From Spirochaetia bacterium (GTDB lineage Bacteria; Spirochaetota; Spirochaetia; UBA9216), in assembly GCA_963677925.2 (NCBI GenBank), contig CAXXYH010000004.1, forward strand, positions 1,664,001 to 1,728,000: 64,000 nucleotides of DNA. Direction: 5' to 3'. Positions 57,913-64,000 of the stretch are shown here, one piece after another. The notes beneath the pieces were generated by a model. That model was not told the origin of the DNA and searched no databases. It saw only the letters and a list, made by a program, of their open reading frames with translations. Position 1 is the first letter of the stretch. The number at the start of each line of letters is the position of its first letter. Made by a program: the position numbers and the translations under genes.

Positions 57913-60900
57913 ATCCGATTTATATAATTGTAATAACCCTCGGTGCCGCGTTTCTTATCGGATTGTTCCGAAAAACAGGACCGGGAATTCATGTAGCATT
58001 GGCCCTTATTGCAACGGCCGCTATTACTGCTGTTTCCGCTCAGTGGACTATAGGAATCCTGGCCGGAAGTGTTGAGGACATAAACATTTTTACGGCCGGT
58101 ATGAATCCGCCGCTTTCAATAAATCTATATATGGGAAAAATCGAAGCGGTTTTAACGCTCATAGTTAATGCAGCCGTTTTTCTGAGTACCATGTACATTG
58201 GGCGTGAATACAGAAAATCATCTGTTTTCACCTTCATGCTTCTGCTCGTTTTTGCAATGGGACTGAACGGAATAATACTTACAAGAGATCTTTTCAACCT
58301 CTTTGTGTTTATAGAGATTGTCAGCATTGCCTCCGCAGGTCTGATCGTCCTTAACAGCGATATTAAGCAGCTGGGTGCAGGTTTTAAATATGTTATTGCA
58401 GGTGCTCTTGCAAGCGGCTTTATGCTGATTGGAATAATATTCACTTACTACCGCACAGGTTCACTGAATATAGATGTGATTACCGGCATGTTCAGTTTTG
58501 AGCTGGTTAAGGCCTGCTACGTCGGAATGTTTCTTCTGTTTATCGGTATTATTATCGAGCTGAAACCCTTTCCGGCAAACGGCTGGGGACTTGATGCCTA
58601 TGAAGCATCAGCCAGTCCAGTCGGGGCAATGCTTGCCGGCGGAACAGCTACGGCAATGTTTTTTGCATACACAAAAATCAACCAGCTTTCTGGCGGTACA
58701 TTTCTGAATGCGTCTCTCTACATAGGTGCGCTCACGTTTGCAGGAATGAACATCCTGGCTTTGAAGCAGACAAGTGCTAAACGTCTTCTTGGCTATTCAT
58801 CAATTTCACAGATAGGAATGGTTGTGATGGTTTATGCCATGGTCAACTTCTTTGATATTGAAAACGGCATGATGATCGTACTCGCGCTTCTTGTGACTCA
58901 TGCTATTGCCAAGGCTGTCCTGTTCTGGCTTTCGGGTATAATCGGTAAGGCCGGTACAGATGAATGGGGAATTATCCGCAAACGGAACATCCTTATAGCT
59001 GTTTTTGCGATTGCTGTTGGAGCGCTTCTGGCGCTGCCCCCATTCCCTTCATTCTATGCTAAATGGGAACTTGTAATGAAGTTGGCAGCTTCAGGGCATT
59101 ACGGATGGATTTTTATTCTTCTGGGCGGAGCCCTCATCGAAGCTGTTTATCTTATGAGATGGTTCGGCAATGCTGTTAAGAATGATTATTCAGAAGAGGA
59201 TAAGCTTGATTTCAGGTTCGGAACAGCAGTTCCTGTTCTTGCAGGTGCAGCAGCCCTGCTTGCTCTGGGTTATTTTTCTGCTGATTATTCCTCCTTTGGA
59301 AATACGGTCAACTGGCTGCTTCCTGCAGCCGTAGTTGTTCTTATGCTGCTGGATTTCCTTCCTGCAATTGTAAAGAACATTCTGCTAATTGCCGCGGTGG
59401 CATATTACGGCTATCCGCTGCTTATGGAAATCGGCGGCTACCGTTCAATTTTTGCAGGAATTTTCATTGTGGGAGCACTTGTTACCCTGCTTCCGGGATT
59501 CATGAAAAAAGATCGCCGTATGGGCTTTTACCCGTCTGTGAGTATGATGTTTGCAGGCCTTGTAGGAATACTCGAAGCGACTGATATGCTTTCGTTCTTC
59601 TTTTTCTGGGAACTTATGACCCTCGGCTCATACTTTCTCATCCTGAGAGGAAAGAATTCAAAACCGCATGCCTTAAGCTATATGCTCTTTTCGCTCGGCG
59701 GTGCATATTTGATAATGAGCGGTTTCGCTCTTTCATACGCCCAGACCGGGGCTTCCTCGATTGCCCTTTCGATACTCCCTGAGGCAGCCTCAGGACCTTT
59801 ACCCGGTATAACGATGCTGCTTCTGTCGGTAGGATTCATGACAAAGATGGCCTCTGCAGGGCTTCATATCTGGCTGCCGGGCGCCCACGCTGAAGCTGAG
59901 ACCGATGTATCCCCGATGGTATCCGGTATTCTGCTTAAAGCCGGTGTATTCGGGCTTCTTATGACCTTTATCGCCTTCGGCGAGCAGACAATCGGCCGGG
60001 TCAATATTCCATATGTTCTAAGCTGGGTAGGCGTAATTACCGCCCTGGTTGCAAACTACATGGCTGCCCTGCAGGAGGATGCGAAGCGGATGCTGGCCTA
60101 TTCAAGTATAGGGCAGATGGGTTATGTCCTTTTCGGCCTTGCCCTGATGTCCCACCTCGGATGGCTGAGTGCGCTCTCTCTATCATTGGTACATTTCATT
60201 TACAAGGTTGTTCTCTTCCTTGCTATCGGCGGTGTTGTTTACAGGGTTAAGACCCGCAACATGTATCAGATGGGCGGCCTTATTACTAGAATGCCTCTGA
60301 GTTTTTTCAATGTACTTGTCTGTATTATCGCTCTTTCGGGAATTCCTCCTCTGGCGGGATTCGGCGGACGCTGGCTGACCTATAACGCTGTTATAGAGAA
60401 GGGCTGGCTGCTGCAGGGTGTTGTTGCCGGTATTGCAGGCCTTGTAGCCTTTCTCTACCTCTTCAGACTTATTGCAACTATTTTTCTCGGGCAGCTGAAG
60501 GATGAGCATCGCAAAGTCAAAGAGGCTCCGTTCTTTATTATGCTGCCTCAGCTGATTCTGATTCTGGCGGTTATCTATCTGTCATTCTTCCCGGGATCCT
60601 TTCTCAAGCCGATTGGTGAGATCCTGATGGATTTCCATACTGAGGGAGCTCTGACCTGGAACGGTTCGCTTGCTATTTCAGACTACGGATACTGGAACGG
60701 TCAGATGGTAATGTGGGTTTTTATTGGACTGTTTGCAGTTTTCTTTGTGATTCTGTTTCTTACCAACAGGCACAACCAGCAGATCAAACAGTTTAATATC
60801 GTCTACGCTGCTGAACGTCCGGCCCGTCCGGAAACCACACATTTTGCATACAATATGTTTGCACATTACAGGAAGGCCGTTGGTTTTCTTGAATATCCTT

Positions 60901-61052
60901 TGACTACCAAATTCTGGAACTCCATTTCCGAACTGCTGCATGCGGTATCCGGATTTTTCAGAAGAATCTACACCGGCAACGGGCAGACATATCTGCTTCA
61001 GATGCTGCTGTTTGTAGTCATCTGCTATCTGCTTGACAATGGAGGTTTTTAG
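57906..61052 (+). CDS. Double antiporter-like subunit (fusion of two MrpD/NuoL-M-N type modules, MbxH-H'-like)
   Basis: Two complete modules: DLFNLFVFIE...KRLLGYSSISQIG and FFFWELM...HIWLPGAH...KRMLAYSSIGQMG. Confidence 0.9.
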   Translation: MVNPIYIIVITLGAAFLIGLFRKTGPGIHVALALIATAAITAVSAQWTIGILAGSVEDINIFTAGMNPPLSINLYMGKIEAVLTLIVNAAVFLSTMYIGREYRKSSVFTFMLLLVFAMGLNGIILTRDLFNLFVFIEIVSIASAGLIVLNSDIKQLGAGFKYVIAGALASGFMLIGIIFTYYRTGSLNIDVITGMFSFELVKACYVGMFLLFIGIIIELKPFPANGWGLDAYEASASPVGAMLAGGTATAMFFAYTKINQLSGGTFLNASLYIGALTFAGMNILALKQTSAKRLLGYSSISQIGMVVMVYAMVNFFDIENGMMIVLALLVTHAIAKAVLFWLSGIIGKAGTDEWGIIRKRNILIAVFAIAVGALLALPPFPSFYAKWELVMKLAASGHYGWIFILLGGALIEAVYLMRWFGNAVKNDYSEEDKLDFRFGTAVPVLAGAAALLALGYFSADYSSFGNTVNWLLPAAVVVLMLLDFLPAIVKNILLIAAVAYYGYPLLMEIGGYRSIFAGIFIVGALVTLLPGFMKKDRRMGFYPSVSMMFAGLVGILEATDMLSFFFFWELMTLGSYFLILRGKNSKPHALSYMLFSLGGAYLIMSGFALSYAQTGASSIALSILPEAASGPLPGITMLLLSVGFMTKMASAGLHIWLPGAHAEAETDVSPMVSGILLKAGVFGLLMTFIAFGEQTIGRVNIPYVLSWVGVITALVANYMAALQEDAKRMLAYSSIGQMGYVLFGLALMSHLGWLSALSLSLVHFIYKVVLFLAIGGVVYRVKTRNMYQMGGLITRMPLSFFNVLVCIIALSGIPPLAGFGGRWLTYNAVIEKGWLLQGVVAGIAGLVAFLYLFRLIATIFLGQLKDEHRKVKEAPFFIMLPQLILILAVIYLSFFPGSFLKPIGEILMDFHTEGALTWNGSLAISDYGYWNGQMVMWVFIGLFAVFFVILFLTNRHNQQIKQFNIVYAAERPARPETTHFAYNMFAHYRKAVGFLEYPLTTKFWNSISELLHAVSGFFRRIYTGNGQTYLLQMLLFVVICYLLDNGGF

Positions 61053-61997
61053 ATGGGTGAATTTGAATACATAAAAATTCTATATGCACTCGTAACCATC
61101 TTTCTGCTGATAATTTACGGACTTGTTCTGCAGGGAATTATAGGAAAGATATATGCAAGGGTTGGTAAACGCCGCGGTATCAGGATTTATCAGCCGTTTA
61201 TAAACATAATAAGGCAGTGGGCCACCCGCTCATCAGTTTCACACGGAGTTATGTTCTACATCGCTCCTGTATTCCGCTTTGTCGGCGGAGCAGGCATACT
61301 GCTTTTTATTCCGCTGATCTACGGCGCTCCGCTGTTTTCATCATTCTCTTTCTCAGGCGACCTGGTTCTCATTTCCTATTTTATATTTCTGGGAACCCTG
61401 GGAATGGCGCTTGGCGGTGCTGAGGCCGGTCATCCTTATTCAATGATTGCGGTAAGCCGCGGTCTTGCCCAGGTTACTGCGGCTGAGATTCCTCTGATAA
61501 TGGCCGTCTACTCAATGGCTGTTCAATACGGAACACTTAATATCACCGAGATCGTAGCCGCCCAGCAGGGGAGCTTTCTCAACTGGACACTGTTTACAAA
61601 TCCCGTGGCTGTCGCCGCGGCAATGCTCGGCTTCCTCGGTTCAATGATGCGTTCTCCCTTCGATATAGTAATTGCTCCGCAGGAAATACCAATCGGACCG
61701 CCCACCGAAATGCAGTCGCACTTTCTGGCAATGCTGATGACTAACAGGACTATATTTCCTGTTGCCAAGACTGTGCTTTACGTGAATTTCTTCTTCGGCG
61801 GAGTAGCCCTTTACAGCAACTGGTTTCTCACATTTGTTGTCTTCTTCCTCAAGACATTTCTTCTGTACATGTGGTCGGTTTTTGTCGGGCTTTCGTTTCC
61901 GAGATTCCGGGTGGATCACAGCATCCGCTGGTTTATAAAGTATCCGCTGATTATCGGATTAATCTCAATTATCCTCGTATATATAAGGTACTATTGA
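61053..61997 (+). CDS. NuoH-like membrane subunit (MbxM)
   Basis: KIYARV..R.G...QPF, RSPFD..APQEI..GP.TE, PRFRVD. Confidence 0.9.
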   Translation: MGEFEYIKILYALVTIFLLIIYGLVLQGIIGKIYARVGKRRGIRIYQPFINIIRQWATRSSVSHGVMFYIAPVFRFVGGAGILLFIPLIYGAPLFSSFSFSGDLVLISYFIFLGTLGMALGGAEAGHPYSMIAVSRGLAQVTAAEIPLIMAVYSMAVQYGTLNITEIVAAQQGSFLNWTLFTNPVAVAAAMLGFLGSMMRSPFDIVIAPQEIPIGPPTEMQSHFLAMLMTNRTIFPVAKTVLYVNFFFGGVALYSNWFLTFVVFFLKTFLLYMWSVFVGLSFPRFRVDHSIRWFIKYPLIIGLISIILVYIRYY

Positions 61998-61998
61998 T

Positions 61999-62664
61999 AT
62001 GGCAAAGATGAACTATAGAAAAAGATCGGCAGATCTTGAAAAACGAATGGTTACCTCTCCTGACGGCGAGCAGTTTGAGGTTGATCCATATAAAGATTAT
62101 TTTTCGGATGCAAAACCGAAGGTCCACAAACCCAACCCGATAACCCCGCTTGAAAAATTCGCAAACTGGTGCCGCGCCGAGTCTATTTACATCCTCGGAT
62201 TCGGAACAGGCTGCGGCGCAATTGAGATGCGCCCCCTTATGAGTCCCATGTACGACGCCTTCCGCTTCGGAATTCACTGGCGTCCGACTCCAAGGCAGTC
62301 CACTGTCTTTCTTATCGGAGGCTACGCCTCGGTTAAGACAATTAAGCGTATTGTCCGCAGCTATGAGCAGATGCAGGGCCCCAAGTGGGTTGTAGCCGTA
62401 TGCAGCTGTACAATAAACGGCGGAATGTACTGGGACAGCTACAACACAATAAACAGGCTCGATCACTATATTCCTGTTGATGTTTATGTTACCGGATGCA
62501 TGCCCAGGCCGGAAGCCCTGCTTGATGCCTTTGAATCTCTGAAGGTAAGAATCAAGGAAGGCCGCGGTGAAGGCGCAAATAAATACGCTGAAAATTTTGA
62601 ATGGTATAAGGCAAACCAGAAAAAGATAATCAAAGACTGGGATATGCCTGACTATAACTGGTAG
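61999..62664 (+). CDS. NuoB-like Fe-S subunit (MbxJ)
   Basis: GTGCGAIEM, TPRQS, PKWVVAVCSCTINGG, PVDVYVTGCMPRPE. Confidence 0.92.
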   Translation: MAKMNYRKRSADLEKRMVTSPDGEQFEVDPYKDYFSDAKPKVHKPNPITPLEKFANWCRAESIYILGFGTGCGAIEMRPLMSPMYDAFRFGIHWRPTPRQSTVFLIGGYASVKTIKRIVRSYEQMQGPKWVVAVCSCTINGGMYWDSYNTINRLDHYIPVDVYVTGCMPRPEALLDAFESLKVRIKEGRGEGANKYAENFEWYKANQKKIIKDWDMPDYNW

Positions 62665-62672
62665 GGGGAATC

Positions 62673-63221
62673 ATGGAAAAGGTAATTGATAATATTAAAA
62701 AACATTTTCCCTTATCAGACGTCACTTCGGCACACGGCTGGTATCTGACCTGCGAAAAGAAGGATACAGTCAGCCTGCTTGAATACCTGAAAACAAGGGA
62801 AGGCTTCACACATCTTATACTGATAACAGCAGTGGACTGGATAGAGGATAACCGCTTCCAGCTGACCTATCTGCTGAATAATCCGGCTGAAAAAACAAGG
62901 CTCGGTGTCCGTACCTATATAGAACGGTCAGTCTGGCCTGAGGAATCTGAGATGTTTACAGCCCACCACCTCTGGCCGGCAGCAAAAACCTACCAGAGGG
63001 AACTGCACGAAATGTTCGGTATAGACTTTCCGAACAGCCCTGAGGTGAACGAACCACTCATCCTTGAATACTGGGATGATATTCCTCCCTACCGAAGAGA
63101 CTTCGATACAAAGAAGTATTCGGAGGAAACATACTTTCCAAGGGAAGGCCGGAGCACAAATGATCCCGCCGGGTACATGAAAGAAAAGATGTATCCGAAT
63201 GAAGGAGAGAAGAATGCTTGA
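62673..63221 (+). CDS. NuoC-like subunit (MbxK)
   Basis: ITAVDW, WPAA..YQRELHEMFGIDF, PPYRRDF. Confidence 0.9.
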   Translation: MEKVIDNIKKHFPLSDVTSAHGWYLTCEKKDTVSLLEYLKTREGFTHLILITAVDWIEDNRFQLTYLLNNPAEKTRLGVRTYIERSVWPEESEMFTAHHLWPAAKTYQRELHEMFGIDFPNSPEVNEPLILEYWDDIPPYRRDFDTKKYSEETYFPREGRSTNDPAGYMKEKMYPNEGEKNA

Positions 63222-64000
63222 CTATGGTGTAAAAAACAGGGAACTTTTTCCCGAGACCCGCAGTGACGGAACAGTTGATATAGATCTTTCCAGCGGGAAA
63301 TATACTAAGATCTGGCAGGGTCCGAACCATCCGGGGATTACAGGAAACATGTCGCTTGAGCTTACAGTTCTTGGCGATGAGGTAATGGAATCAAAGACCC
63401 ATGTAGGATACCTGCACCGCGGTTTTGAGAAGCTGATGGAACGCAGACGTTTCATCAACAACTTTCCGCTTGTCTGCAGGGTCTGTGTGCCTGAGCCGGA
63501 CTTCAATGAGTACTGCTATGCCGCGGCGCTTGAAGAACTTGCCGGTATTGAAATACCAGAGAATGCTCTGTGGATTCGTACCCTGATTCTTGAAATGGCA
63601 AGGCTTCAGTCATACCTCATGTGGTTAAGCGGCCAGGTAGGCTCCTTCGGAATGGGAATACCCAGCCAGTGGATGCTTTACAGCAGGGACCGTGTACTTC
63701 AGATGTTTGAAGAGCTAACAGGCGGCCGAATCTACCATATATTCATCATCCCCGGCGGAGTACGGGACAACCTTACAAAGGGCTTCAAGCAGAGAATGCT
63801 TGAAGTACTGGATGAGATTGTGCCGCTTCTAAAGGATTATGAGAGGGTAGTGTTCAATAACTCTGTATTCAAAAAGAGGGCTAAAGGCCTTGGATATATC
63901 AATCCTGACTGGGTGGATGAATGGGGAATAACCGGACCGAATGCAAGGGGCGCCGGCATTCCGAAGGATATCCGTAAGGACTATCCCTACCTGAAGTATC
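63214..64000 (+). CDS. NuoD-like catalytic subunit (MbxL/MbsL-like), truncated by the window end; not in the ORF track
   Basis: ATG 63214 after AGGAG; GPNHPG, GYLHRGFEK, CRVCVPEPD, ELTGGRIYH, PGGVR, TGPNARGAG...DIRKDYPY; frame open to the window end. Confidence 0.9.
   Translation, partial: MLDYGVKNRELFPETRSDGTVDIDLSSGKYTKIWQGPNHPGITGNMSLELTVLGDEVMESKTHVGYLHRGFEKLMERRRFINNFPLVCRVCVPEPDFNEYCYAAALEELAGIEIPENALWIRTLILEMARLQSYLMWLSGQVGSFGMGIPSQWMLYSRDRVLQMFEELTGGRIYHIFIIPGGVRDNLTKGFKQRMLEVLDEIVPLLKDYERVVFNNSVFKKRAKGLGYINPDWVDEWGITGPNARGAGIPKDIRKDYPYLKY

Noticed and set aside
55544-64000. Complex I (nuo) or NiFe hydrogenase call
   Set aside because: Mrp-type gene order, a single Cys in the NuoB motif, and no N-terminal Ni-binding CxxC in the large subunit.
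1-64000. CRISPR arrays, tRNA/rRNA genes, IS elements, prophage
   Set aside because: No regularly spaced repeats, cloverleafs, transposase, integrase or phage motifs were seen by eye.

Overview
A 64-kb stretch of core and metabolic bacterial chromosome. It most likely comes from a free-living anaerobic spirochaete (Spirochaetales-like). That assignment is an inference from the group-X PFK, the PEGA/TPR protein, the lipoprotein content and the general gene content. I found no rRNA, tRNA, CRISPR array, prophage or transposase. Left half: the end of a liv ABC operon, an acyl-CoA ligase, lplA, a degenerate M20 protein overlapping gpgS, three tandem lipoproteins, a coiled-coil protein, a HAMP adenylate cyclase, an AlaA-type aminotransferase, pfk, phosphoesterases, a cupin plus B12 radical SAM pair, gpsA, pepF, a trypsin-like protease, and a SorC regulator followed by MoxR-VWA. 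Right half: AlaX, patatin, glutaredoxin, split MetH with rubredoxin, a TetR-linked aminotransferase/aldolase/kinase/MFS operon, a ferredoxin-domain pseudogene, a two-component system with a solute-binding protein, mgsA, a GGDEF protein, a permease-amidohydrolase pair, a Crp cassette, and the start of an Mrp-Mbx/MBS-like membrane complex. The best candidate for an undescribed system is an unannotated leaderless 25-codon ORF (16896-16973) with five consecutive Ala codons. It sits in front of the alanine aminotransferase-like gene and is followed by mutually exclusive antiterminator and terminator hairpins, the layout of an alanine-sensing ribosome-mediated attenuator. Other leads are a candidate amino-alcohol catabolic operon, a GGAGG/CCTCC-rich structured intergenic RNA, an MBS-like sulfane-sulfur reductase, and frequent leaderless genes. 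All calls come from reading the sequence by eye; no database searches or folding computations were run.
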